Part shown: one piece after another, positions 8,747 to 17,617 of the stretch
Layout of the letters: each line of letters starts with the position of its first letter
Position numbering within the stretch: position 1 is the stretch's first letter
Assembly: GCA_964480775.1 (NCBI GenBank)
Contig: CAYZRF010000007.1
Span: 30,001 to 62,000, forward strand
Source: an uncultured Nitrososphaerota archaeon
GTDB lineage: Archaea > Korarchaeota > Korarchaeia > Korarchaeales > Korarchaeaceae
Length of the DNA stretch: 32,000 bases
Reading direction: 5' to 3'
Program-made: the position numbers and the translations under genes
The notes under the pieces: model-generated
What the model saw: the letters and a program-made list of their open reading frames with translations, nothing else
Told to the model about the DNA's origin: nothing
The model's database searches: none

Positions 8747-9047
8747 TATTATTCCCCCATTTAATAGGGCTACTATGCCCTAAGGCTGGTAAGCAATCAG
8801 TTCCTTAATAAAAATAATGTTATGTAGCTCTGCTCTCGAACCCACTTCGTGCTAGAATCTGAAAATGACTCAATTGATGTACTATAATCAACACATTTCA
8901 ACAATAGCCTACTACGGATCAAAAGGTCTTTGAACGGCAACTTCCTCATTTGGTTTAGGAAAGAGGTGAAGTTTCATCGGCCACTTAGTTAAAAACTGAG
9001 GAGTAAAGATTTTTACCATTCAATCAGTGATTCGCTTGGGATAATCT

Positions 9048-10394
9048 ATGGGTGGTTCGAAGGAAGTAGACAAGCCCTATGAGCTTGCAATTAAGTTTGC
9101 TAAGTTCTATGGAGGAAAGATCTGCATAGCACCTTATGTTCCAGTTTACGACCTCAAGGATTTCGCTGTTTGGTATACTCCAGGGGTCGCTGAGGTTTGC
9201 AGGGCTATACAAAAGGATCCAGACAAGGTATGGTATTATACCAATAGATGGAACTTCATTGCTGTCGTAACAAACGGAACGAGGGTTCTTGGTTTAGGCG
9301 ACATAGGCCCAGAAGCTTCTATACCTGTTATGGAAGGCAAGTCTCTGTTGTTCAAGTACTTGGGAGGAGTTGATGCTATATCCCTCCCTATAAACGTGAA
9401 AGACCCAGATGTCTTTATAGAAACGGTCAAGAGGCTTGAACCAGCATTTGGAGGAATAAATCTCGAGGATATTCGCTCTCCGGACTGCTTCTACATCTTA
9501 GAGAGGCTTAGGAAGGAGATGAATATCGTTGTATGGCACGATGATCAGCAGGGAACTGCTGGAGCAACGCTTGCGGGTCTGATCAATGCACTAAAGCTGA
9601 CTGGGAGAACGCTCAAGGATGCAACCATCGCTTTCATAGGTTGTGGAGCCGCAAACATAGCAAACGCAAGAGTCATAGAGGTTGCTGGGGGAAATCCAAA
9701 GAACTGGGTGTTTGTGGACAGCAAAGGTATTCTACACAAAGATAGGCCTGATATGGATACCCTTAAGCAGAAGAACCCGTGGAAGTATGAATGGGCCATG
9801 AAAAGCAATGAAGAAGGGAGAAGTGGGGGCATAAAGGAGGCATTGGATGGGATGGAGGTTTTAATCGCAGCATCAAAACCTGGTCCAGGTACAATAAAGA
9901 AGGAATGGGTAGCTAGCATGGAAAAGGACGCTATAGTGTTTGCAGAGGCAAATCCAGTCCCAGAGATCTGGCCTTGGGATGCTAAGGAAGCGGGAGCTAG
10001 GGTTGTAGCAACTGGTAGGAGCGACTTCCCGAATCAGGTCAACAACAGCTTGGTGTTCCCAGCAGTCTTCAGGGGGGCCCTAGAGGTTAGAGCAAAGACG
10101 ATAACAGATGAGATGGCAGCTGCAGCGGCCTTCGAACTTGCAAAGTTTGCAGAGGAGAAGGGACTTCATGAGGAGTACATCATACCGACGATGATGGAAT
10201 GGGAAGTTTATCCGAGAGTTGCAACGGCAACTGGCCTCAAAGCCATAGAGCAAGGCGTTGCTAGGAGGACCTTAAGCAGGGAAGAACTCTACAGAAAGTG
10301 CGAAGAGAAGATAAAGGAAGCAAGGGAACAAATAAAGGCTCTAATGGATTCTGGAGTAATAAGAGCCCCTCCAGAGAAGAGAATATACGGCTAA
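9048..10394 (+). CDS. mae: NAD(P)-dependent malic enzyme (small prokaryotic type)
   Basis: 448 aa. Malic-enzyme motifs: TPGVAEVCRAI, VLGLGDIGPEASIPVMEGKSLLFKYLGGVDA, FGGINLEDI, HDDQQGTA, and the Rossmann GCGAANIA. Confidence 0.9.
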   Translation: MGGSKEVDKPYELAIKFAKFYGGKICIAPYVPVYDLKDFAVWYTPGVAEVCRAIQKDPDKVWYYTNRWNFIAVVTNGTRVLGLGDIGPEASIPVMEGKSLLFKYLGGVDAISLPINVKDPDVFIETVKRLEPAFGGINLEDIRSPDCFYILERLRKEMNIVVWHDDQQGTAGATLAGLINALKLTGRTLKDATIAFIGCGAANIANARVIEVAGGNPKNWVFVDSKGILHKDRPDMDTLKQKNPWKYEWAMKSNEEGRSGGIKEALDGMEVLIAASKPGPGTIKKEWVASMEKDAIVFAEANPVPEIWPWDAKEAGARVVATGRSDFPNQVNNSLVFPAVFRGALEVRAKTITDEMAAAAAFELAKFAEEKGLHEEYIIPTMMEWEVYPRVATATGLKAIEQGVARRTLSREELYRKCEEKIKEAREQIKALMDSGVIRAPPEKRIYG

Positions 10395-10440
10395 TCGTCC
10401 GAAATTAATCTTGTACCGCTGGGATCTGAGCTAATAAAAG

Positions 10441-11853
10441 TCAAAAGTTTGCTAAAACCTCATCCACCTTTTTTCCATCGCTCAACAGCCTGATAACAAC
10501 CCACCTATGCCTAATTACCTCAGGCCATTGCAGGCTGACAGAGATGGTGCAGGCTTCACCTGGCAAAACAGTGAAGTTTCCGCTATTTTCTGAGTGTATA
10601 ACAAGGACTCCTGCCCCCTTAAAACCTGCAGACACATTAACTATTGCTTCCCTGCTTCCTAAGTTCTCAACGACCACTATAGCGCTGACCACAAGCTCGT
10701 CTCCCTGAATTGAGACTAGTAAAACCCTAGATATTACTGGAAGCGGAACTGGCACATGAACAGGATGTAGCACGGTAAATTGAGCTGTTCCATAGTTTTG
10801 TAGCTGTGGTGGTACTTCGCCTATGTTCCAACCGTACCCGGTAGTCTCCAAGTAGTAATACTTCTTTCCATTTTGTTCTATGAAAAATCCTGAGCCATTT
10901 TCTAATTCAACGCCAACACCAACGTGATTAGGAAGCAAGAACAAAACGACATCATAACCTAACTCCATAAGAAGCGTTGCCATGAGGATGGAAGTGTCTT
11001 CGCAATCACCTCCTGCATCAACTATGGTCTCTACAGGAAACCTTGGGTACTCGTCAAACCCTGTCGTCGCTACATCTTGACTGTAGGGTAAAGCTTGTAC
11101 AAAGCGGATAACAAATTGTAGTATGGCCTCCTTCGAAGTGTAACCAGCTTCTCGGGCCAGATCTGTTAACTGCCATACCAGGGTGGAAATGAATGCGTCG
11201 TCAAGCGGATCTGAGGCTAGAATGTACCAATCCTCGTGTGGGATATCGTGATCTCTATCTCTGTAATATTCGATCAGCGACTGTGGGACAGATACATCTA
11301 GATGGAATGTCTTCCCATCAAACTGCCATGTATACCTTATGACTAACTGAGGGACCTCCCTCCTAGCAAAGGGATTTGCTCTTCTCTTTGCCCTTTTTGT
11401 GAACAGCTCATCTAGGATTTTGATATCTTTAAAACTGTCTACGATCTCAGAAGTCTCCTTTCTCGTGTTTCCAGCCAAAATTACGACTTCTACATTCTTT
11501 ATTATTCGGATGTATAGGTTTCCAAAACCCTCCCAAGATCTGAGCCTTTCAATCTCTTTCTCAGTCAAAAATTGCCTTGAGATCTCTCCAACCCCGTCGT
11601 ATGCGTCAGGACCACCTAAAATGAATATGGGATTAGTTCCTTTTGTAATAATATTCCAAAAAACTTCTGGCCCCTTTATCTCAACGTGATAGCCCTGAGA
11701 TTCAAGGTATCCCTTTAGCTTCTGAGCAGCTGGAAAATCCGCCTGGTTTGAAATTATGACAGCAGAACTAGATCCCATAATTAATGTGAAAGAGACGCCT
11801 GGACTTAGCAAGATAAGTAAGAAAAGGGAGAGGAGCCACCTCCTGATATCCAT
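10441..11853 (-). CDS. secreted/anchored transglutaminase-like (papain-fold) protein with C-terminal Ig-like region
   Basis: Start taken at MDIRRWLLSLFLLILLSPGVSF (signal/anchor), which follows the upstream stop at 11861. Cys-His core resembling transglutaminase-like proteases: GGDCEDTSILMATLLMELGYDV ... NHVGVGVE ... YYYLETTG. Family call is from motif memory only. Confidence 0.55.
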   Translation of the reverse strand: MDIRRWLLSLFLLILLSPGVSFTLIMGSSSAVIISNQADFPAAQKLKGYLESQGYHVEIKGPEVFWNIITKGTNPIFILGGPDAYDGVGEISRQFLTEKEIERLRSWEGFGNLYIRIIKNVEVVILAGNTRKETSEIVDSFKDIKILDELFTKRAKRRANPFARREVPQLVIRYTWQFDGKTFHLDVSVPQSLIEYYRDRDHDIPHEDWYILASDPLDDAFISTLVWQLTDLAREAGYTSKEAILQFVIRFVQALPYSQDVATTGFDEYPRFPVETIVDAGGDCEDTSILMATLLMELGYDVVLFLLPNHVGVGVELENGSGFFIEQNGKKYYYLETTGYGWNIGEVPPQLQNYGTAQFTVLHPVHVPVPLPVISRVLLVSIQGDELVVSAIVVVENLGSREAIVNVSAGFKGAGVLVIHSENSGNFTVLPGEACTISVSLQWPEVIRHRWVVIRLLSDGKKVDEVLANF

Positions 11854-11860
11854 CACCCTC

Positions 11861-12241
11861 TCAAGACATCTCAAGGAACTTTTTGGTGGCATCTACTATT
11901 TTCTCTGTTACATCTAAGGCTCTCTTTGCGTCGAGCTTGGCACAGCCAACCTTTGATTCTGGAACCTTTAGGATGAATGTGCAAAATGGAAGAATGCCGG
12001 CCTCTGAGCAGGTTTTATGAATCGTTTCCAAGTACCAATCAGGAAGCCCAGCTTCTTTAAGCTGGTTTAAGGTGTAGGGACCCTCTGCCTCCTTACCCAT
12101 CCTCTTTAAAGCCAATTTCACTGATTTGATGATGATATCGTTGCACCTTCCAATTATCTCCATACAAGAGGAAGTATGAGCTAAACCCCTTGTCTTCTCA
12201 AGCATTTCCATAACATCATTGATCTTGCTTGGGCTTCTCAT
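11861..12241 (-). CDS. small Cys-containing protein, function unknown
   Basis: 126-aa ORF between two genes on the same strand (gaps of 47 and 7 nt). Five Cys and no TM helix. No family recognised. Confidence 0.4.
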   Translation of the reverse strand: MRSPSKINDVMEMLEKTRGLAHTSSCMEIIGRCNDIIIKSVKLALKRMGKEAEGPYTLNQLKEAGLPDWYLETIHKTCSEAGILPFCTFILKVPESKVGCAKLDAKRALDVTEKIVDATKKFLEMS

Positions 12242-12288
12242 TTCTCATCATGTAAAGATATATTCACCCTCTAAAAATCTTAGTCAGG

Positions 12289-14466
12289 TTAATGATGACC
12301 TAGTGCTTTCTTGAGAAATTCTAGGATATTTGGAGGGATAAGAGGATCATCGAACTCAATTAATATGCCAGATGAATTTGTTTGGTGGGTTGCAGCAATT
12401 AGATTAAGCAGAGGGGCCGTTTCATCCATTAGTCTAACCATCGACAGATCTATCTGAACGAAAATGGGCTTTTCAAACTTGCTGAATGCTTCAACATCTG
12501 CTTGGACCGCGTGCAAGATGAAATCTGAAGAAGGAGGCACGTGTCTCACTACATAATCAACTAGCTGCAGAATCTCGTTTGAATTACGCCACTCTCTCAG
12601 TTCTTGCTCTGGAAAGCCAATGATACCAACTCCCAGTTTTCTATTTCCAATTTTGTTCCTAATGGCAGTAAGAAGTTCTGCAGAAATTATTCTTGGCTTA
12701 CCACATATCCTTATGGCATCTATTTTATCCCCCGCCGTAGAAATCAACGATTTTACGCCCGCTTCAAGACCTCTGGGATCAACTGTAAAGATGGAAACCT
12801 CTACTTGCCTCACCACCTCCTTAACCTCTGAAATGAATAGAGAAAGTTCGGGATCTCCAAGATCCCCTTGGTGCACACCTATGGAAATCTTATCAGGACT
12901 TAACTCTCGAATTAAGTTAAGCCATGCATCGAGCAATCCTTGGTCCGCATGCTTCAGGTCAGGAAGTCTTATATAGATCGAAATCGGCATGGCAAAAATA
13001 TCTGAGGGCTTGACCTCTCCAGTTGCATACACTATGACGAAATCTCCAAAAACTGCTAGAGTCTCAGATTTTATCGTGAAAAACCTCATGTTCCTGAGCT
13101 GCTCCTTTGTTAGCACGAAGATCCCGCTTTTTCTCCCTTGAGCAATAGCTTTGAACATCTCTTCAGTTCTAACTTCGGGGTACATGCCATGATCGGTCCG
13201 TCTGCCAGTGAGAAGAGTAATGGCATCTGCAAGCGGCCCCACCGTGACGTGTATGATCTCGTCCTCCCTGGTGTTTTCTATTATCCACTCTGCAACGGAG
13301 ATTAAATCTGGATTGCTCAAGCCAAATACTCCCCATGCCTTGGGCTCCTCTGAGACCATTGTAGTAAGTTCTCTTGATAAAGGAGCTGGCTCTATGATTT
13401 TATGTCTTTTAAATGGTTGCCTGGGCCCTATGGGAATAAGAGAAAAGCTGAACATAGAGCTAATGATCATGAAAGATAGGGTAACTGTTAGGATGAGTTT
13501 TCTGTTTCTTGCGCGTCCAACTACTCCTTTGTAACCAAGAGCAGCTACGGCCGAATTCACTAGAGGAGCGTGGATGAAGTACCTCCAACCATAGGTGAAC
13601 AGAATTGAAAAGAAACCCAAAAAACTCCCAATAAGCAATCTACCTCTGAGCTTATCCTTGAGACAGACATAAATGCCAAAAGGAAGTAGGACAAGGGTCG
13701 GGACGTTCATCGATAAGAACCCAAGTATCTGTAACTTTTCCCTAGCCAAGTTTGCTCTCAGAGCATCTAAGTTATTGAAAATATGTAGCATCCAAGGAAG
13801 GAAAAGTATCAGAGAAAGACAAACTACAAAAAGGGCTTCCTTGAGGTAGCTACGATCGAGTTTATGCATGAGAACTGCTGATATGGCTAATGAAAGTATT
13901 ATAGTGTAAGGCATGCCGAGATGGGAGTAAAGGAAGATCGTAAGGAGCGCAGTTGCTATGTATCTCTTCTTTTTCAGGAAGAAGTAAAGAAAAGGCAGGT
14001 ATAAAGCTAAGATCATGGCCGTAGGAGCCACCGTAAGTTGCCAACTCCAAAATCTACCGTCGGCTGACAAGAGGCCTAGAAAAGAAGCTGCAGTTACATC
14101 ATCAAAAAGAAGTCTAATTGCCAGCCAAGAGAGAAGGAGAGTCAAAGGATACTGAATTATCGCTATTAACCTTCCTATCTCAACATAGCCCAGCCCAAAT
14201 CCGTCATGAATCCACCATATCAGGATATGCTCAAACGGAGGATATAGCTGTGGCCTTCCGACTGGCGCGAATTCGTAGTAATCCCAAAGAACTACTCTAT
14301 CGAAGTCCGCGTACATCTTTCCCATCAAAAGGTGGTAAGGCGTATCAAAACCGAAAGGAAGCATGTTTCTATTTGCAAACAAAAGGATTAAGTGGGCTAA
14401 GATCAGCGCGATTGAGGCGTAGTCCAGAAGCGTGAGTGATCTCAGAGAATGCTTTAGGTCTCTCAA
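12289..14466 (-). CDS. polytopic membrane protein, GT-C (ArnT/PMT)-like N-terminal half plus about 380-aa soluble C-terminal domain
   Basis: 725 aa with a TTG start. There are about 10 TM helices in the first 340 aa. The first loop, FDTPYHLLMGKMYADFDRVVLWDYYEFAPVGRPQLYPPFEHILIWW, resembles the acidic-loop plus (K/Y)PP(L/F) pattern of GT-C glycosyltransferases. The C-terminal domain is unassigned. Confidence 0.5.
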   Translation of the reverse strand: MRDLKHSLRSLTLLDYASIALILAHLILLFANRNMLPFGFDTPYHLLMGKMYADFDRVVLWDYYEFAPVGRPQLYPPFEHILIWWIHDGFGLGYVEIGRLIAIIQYPLTLLLSWLAIRLLFDDVTAASFLGLLSADGRFWSWQLTVAPTAMILALYLPFLYFFLKKKRYIATALLTIFLYSHLGMPYTIILSLAISAVLMHKLDRSYLKEALFVVCLSLILFLPWMLHIFNNLDALRANLAREKLQILGFLSMNVPTLVLLPFGIYVCLKDKLRGRLLIGSFLGFFSILFTYGWRYFIHAPLVNSAVAALGYKGVVGRARNRKLILTVTLSFMIISSMFSFSLIPIGPRQPFKRHKIIEPAPLSRELTTMVSEEPKAWGVFGLSNPDLISVAEWIIENTREDEIIHVTVGPLADAITLLTGRRTDHGMYPEVRTEEMFKAIAQGRKSGIFVLTKEQLRNMRFFTIKSETLAVFGDFVIVYATGEVKPSDIFAMPISIYIRLPDLKHADQGLLDAWLNLIRELSPDKISIGVHQGDLGDPELSLFISEVKEVVRQVEVSIFTVDPRGLEAGVKSLISTAGDKIDAIRICGKPRIISAELLTAIRNKIGNRKLGVGIIGFPEQELREWRNSNEILQLVDYVVRHVPPSSDFILHAVQADVEAFSKFEKPIFVQIDLSMVRLMDETAPLLNLIAATHQTNSSGILIEFDDPLIPPNILEFLKKALGHH

Positions 14467-14661
14467 ATCAATTACCTGCCATTTTATGGCATCTCATAAC
14501 CTAAATATGGAATATTTGAGCAGAAGCAAATGTTACATTCAACTAAGATAAATAAACGTTTGTTTCAATGATGCATCGTAATAAGCTGGAACGAAGTGCC
14601 GCGGGTCATACATAGATAAAACATAAATTTCTCAGTTAATTGAAAATAAACTGGAACTCAA

Positions 14662-15291
14662 TTGAGGCCCATTCCATGGGCTAGAGTTAGAGATTGGAGC
14701 TGTTTAGCCTGTGGAGAGTGTTGTAAGTGGTTTATGATCCCTTTAAGGGCTGACGAGCTTGCGAGAATACTTCATACCTTCGGAGAGTGGGCTATTGAGT
14801 TTAAGCTAGCAAAAGCTTACATAAGAAAGCCATACTCTGGATCTAGATGCATCTTTCAGTACAAAATGCAGGATAAGTGGGTGTGTACCCTACAAAGAAT
14901 GAACATGAAGCCTTTAGCGTGCAAACTCTGGCCATTTATCCCATTAATTAAGCCAAAATATGGTAGGGATCAAGAAGCATTCTTTGAACATTTAGGTGAA
15001 CGTTTCTACATATATGTGGATCCTAGGTGCCCTGGAATAACCCTTGGTAGACCTTCATTACACTTACTTCAAAAAGTGCTTCCAGAGGTCGTTGAACTAA
15101 GAATGGGCATTAAAGCTAAGCAAGACTTCACAACCTCCCATATCAAGAAACAAATTCCTTCTTTGCCTTATTACATCTTAGCTTATCGACAAAGAATAGG
15201 AATCATGAAAAAACCTGAGTTTCTAAGTTTTATACGCAAACAAACCTTTTATAATGAGAACCCAACATTAAGGAACCTTTATGCATCATAA
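14662..15291 (+). CDS. YkgJ-family (CxxCxxCC) Cys-cluster protein
   Basis: 209 aa with a TTG start. N-terminal CLACGECC motif plus further conserved Cys (RCIFQ, WVCTLQ, LACKLWPF, DPRCPG), typical of the UPF0153/YkgJ zinc/iron-chelating family. Confidence 0.6.
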   Translation: MRPIPWARVRDWSCLACGECCKWFMIPLRADELARILHTFGEWAIEFKLAKAYIRKPYSGSRCIFQYKMQDKWVCTLQRMNMKPLACKLWPFIPLIKPKYGRDQEAFFEHLGERFYIYVDPRCPGITLGRPSLHLLQKVLPEVVELRMGIKAKQDFTTSHIKKQIPSLPYYILAYRQRIGIMKKPEFLSFIRKQTFYNENPTLRNLYAS

Positions 15292-15430
15292 AAATAGATT
15301 AAAGGCTCAGAAAACCCAGAATTTTACATCCCAGGTCCTTTTACATTGTTTTTGGGATAGATACTGCTTTGAATATCTACGTAAGGAATATGAAAGATTT
15401 TATTCGAAAGTCCTCAAAGGATCAATAACC

Positions 15431-15847
15431 ATGATTACTAGGGCTATGGAAGATTACCTAGAGGTAATTTACTGGCTTTCTAAGGAAAAAGGATCAGCAA
15501 AAATCTCCGATATATCTCAAATGATGGGAGTAAGACTTCCGAGCGTAAGTGAAATGATGAAAAGGCTCAAAGCCGAAGAATTGGTGGATTATGAACCTTA
15601 TGGCGAGGTAACTTTGACAGAAAAAGGAATGGAAGTAGCAGTTAAGATAGCAGCGCGCCACGAATTGCTTGCAGGCTTCTTCATGGCTTTAGGCGTGGAG
15701 AAAAAGATAGCCATCGAGGATGCATGCAAGGTAGAACACGATTTACATCCAGATACTCTAAAAAAGCTAAGGAATTTCATCAAGTTCGTGACAGAGAGGT
15801 CTATATTTTCTAAGTTCTCAGAATATGTTTCGGAGGAAAAAGGTTAG
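15431..15847 (+). CDS. DtxR/MntR-family metal-dependent transcriptional repressor
   Basis: Trimmed to MITRAMEDYLEVIYWL, the usual family N-terminus. HTH ISDISQMMGVRLPSVSEMMKRLKAEELV, dimerisation helix TEKGMEVAVKIAARHELLAGFF, and metal-site region KVEHDLHPD. The 50-aa N-terminal extension in the track ORF looks non-coding. Confidence 0.85.
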   Translation: MITRAMEDYLEVIYWLSKEKGSAKISDISQMMGVRLPSVSEMMKRLKAEELVDYEPYGEVTLTEKGMEVAVKIAARHELLAGFFMALGVEKKIAIEDACKVEHDLHPDTLKKLRNFIKFVTERSIFSKFSEYVSEEKG

Positions 15848-15874
15848 CCCAATTTCTTTTTATAAGGTTAAGCC
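15840..15874 (+). promoter_or_regulatory. TATA-like box flanked by two AAGGTTA(A)GCC repeats (DtxR-box-like half sites)
   Basis: AAGGTTAGCC lies at 15840-15849, TTTTTATAA at 15857-15865, and AAGGTTAAGCC at 15864-15874. The GTG start of the ABC ATPase is at 15889. AGGTTAGCC matches the core of the bacterial DtxR consensus as I remember it. Confidence 0.35.
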
Positions 15875-15888
15875 TCTTCCATAGAGAA

Positions 15889-16821
15889 GTGGCCCAGGTC
15901 ATCGTCTCAAGGAATCTCCGTAAGAGATTTGGCAGGATTCAGGCTCTGAGAGGAATCTCATTCTCAGTGTCCAAGGGATCAGCAACCGCCCTGTTAGGCC
16001 CTAATGGGGCTGGAAAGACTACTACCATGAAGATACTTCTTGGCCTACTAAAACCAGACTCAGGAGAGGTTGAAGTATTTGGCATGAACCCTTGGGAGAA
16101 CGGAGACAGGATAAGGAGCATAGTAGGAGTTCTCCATGAAAAGCCCATTTATCCCGAGTGGGTAAGCGTAAGACAGCTGATAAGGTATGCAGCCAAACTC
16201 CGGGGACTTGGGGAGATGGACGAAAGGAGGGCAATAAAGCTATCAGGTTTGGAAGAATACACTGATGCTAGGGTCTCTTCTTTATCTAGGGGCTATTTGC
16301 AGAGATTGGGAATTGCTCTGGCAATCCTTGGGGACCCAGAACTCCTCCTACTAGACGAACCTACCGCCAATTTGGATCCTGCTGCGAGGATGGAGATATT
16401 GCATCTAATATCCCTTCTAAAGGAGGAGTTGGATGTTACTGTGCTAATCTCCTCTCATATAATTCCAGAACTGGAAATGGTATGCGATTCTGCCGTATTC
16501 ATAAACGAGGGGTTGGTTCTTGATCAAGGCAGACTTGATGAGTTAGCAAGAAAGCACAACTCCAGCGCGATAGTCGTGATCAGAACTAGAAGGCCTAGAA
16601 AGCTCGCCTCTAGGCTGATAGAGATGGAATACGTTAAGTCCGTTGAAATAAGCCGCGAGGAGGTGAGGGTTGAAGTAATGCCGGGCGAGCTATCAACGCT
16701 AGAATCAGAGATCACAAGACTTGACAGCGAATATGGAGTTGATGAGATCAAATCAACCTTAGGGAGACTTCAAGACCTTTATTGGAAGGTGGTTGGTGTT
16801 GCTAAGGCTGAAACGTCTTAA
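15889..16821 (+). CDS. ABC transporter ATP-binding protein (ABC-2/DrrA-like)
   Basis: GTG start. Walker A GPNGAGKTT, signature LSRGYLQRLGIA, Walker B LLLLDEPTANLD, H-loop SSHI. A TATA-like TTTTTATAA lies about 28 nt upstream. Confidence 0.85.
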   Translation: MAQVIVSRNLRKRFGRIQALRGISFSVSKGSATALLGPNGAGKTTTMKILLGLLKPDSGEVEVFGMNPWENGDRIRSIVGVLHEKPIYPEWVSVRQLIRYAAKLRGLGEMDERRAIKLSGLEEYTDARVSSLSRGYLQRLGIALAILGDPELLLLDEPTANLDPAARMEILHLISLLKEELDVTVLISSHIIPELEMVCDSAVFINEGLVLDQGRLDELARKHNSSAIVVIRTRRPRKLASRLIEMEYVKSVEISREEVRVEVMPGELSTLESEITRLDSEYGVDEIKSTLGRLQDLYWKVVGVAKAETS

Positions 16822-17617
16822 AACCTCTATAACTAGGATGAAGCTCCATCTTGAATTCGTTCTAGCAAGGTATTTGCCTCTATATGCGTTTGTGGCCTTC
16901 TTAGCAGCAATAATAAACGCGTATTTGGTTATTCCATCAATATTAGATCAGATAGTGGCTTCTTCCATGCCTTCCCCTTATTTTGGTCTCTATGGGCCAT
17001 ATTCAAGCACCATAAGCGTCTCACTTACGCTGGTGCATCTGATCTTCAGCTTAGTTTCCATATCCTTGGCTGCCTCAATGGCTGGAGAGCTGAGATCAAC
17101 CTCTTTGTTCCACTTATCTCAACCACTTAGGAGGATAGAGTACTCTATTTCATGGTTGCTATCAATAGCATGGCTTCCTTCTCTGCTAATGGCCCTTTCC
17201 CTATTCGTTCCAGTAGCTTCTTTTGATCCTAGGCTTGTTTTGAGGGTAAGCTTTCAACCCATATACCTCAGACTAGTGGAGGACCTTTTGACTTTCTCTA
17301 TTTTCTGTTGGGCTGCTCTAAGCAAGAAGAGGGGAATCGTGGCCTTCATAGGCCTGTTCTTCGTTCTCATTCTTCCTTTTCTTTCTATGGTCTTAATGAG
17401 TCTCATAGTTTACGTCTTCTACCAAGGAACGAATCCTCCAACGCTCTTACTAACAGCTTATGAAGTGCTATTCCCTTCAACAGCCTCGACCTTCTTCATA
17501 GGAGGTATGGCACAAGCACTAGATCCAATGAAAGCGTCTTTTGGTACCTTGCTAACGCTGACGATAGCACAAGTAGGCTATCTGTTTTACTTTATCAGAA
17601 AATTCGAGGTGAGATAA
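16793..17617 (+). CDS. polytopic membrane protein, probable permease partner of the preceding ATPase
   Basis: About 6 TM helices, directly following or overlapping the ATPase gene. The start is uncertain: TTG 16793 or GTG 16796, both just after GAAGGTGG, or ATG 16838. No family motif recognised. Confidence 0.55.
   Translation: MVLLRLKRLKTSITRMKLHLEFVLARYLPLYAFVAFLAAIINAYLVIPSILDQIVASSMPSPYFGLYGPYSSTISVSLTLVHLIFSLVSISLAASMAGELRSTSLFHLSQPLRRIEYSISWLLSIAWLPSLLMALSLFVPVASFDPRLVLRVSFQPIYLRLVEDLLTFSIFCWAALSKKRGIVAFIGLFFVLILPFLSMVLMSLIVYVFYQGTNPPTLLLTAYEVLFPSTASTFFIGGMAQALDPMKASFGTLLTLTIAQVGYLFYFIRKFEVR

Noticed and set aside
9024-9035. GTGAT half-site upstream of the malic enzyme gene, resembling half of the Thermococcales glycolytic motif.
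   Set aside because: The partner TATCAC half is absent at the required spacing, so only one half-site matches.
15358-15379. Inverted repeat TAGATA-N10-TATCTA upstream of the DtxR-family gene.
   Set aside because: The arms are short (6 bp) and A/T-rich, in an A/T-rich spacer. It lies upstream of the TATA-like box and has no resemblance to known DtxR boxes. It is compatible with chance.
15281-15430. N-terminal extensions of track ORFs: DtxR 15281-15430, MoxR 23686-23814, vWA 20270-20449 and 19329-19373, PRC-like 22106-22153, transglutaminase-like 11854-11892, and the membrane protein 1399-1500.
   Set aside because: The extensions overlap neighbouring genes or promoters, and their sequence looks non-protein-like. 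In each case an internal Met reproduces the usual family N-terminus or signal peptide, often with a classic stop/start overlap.
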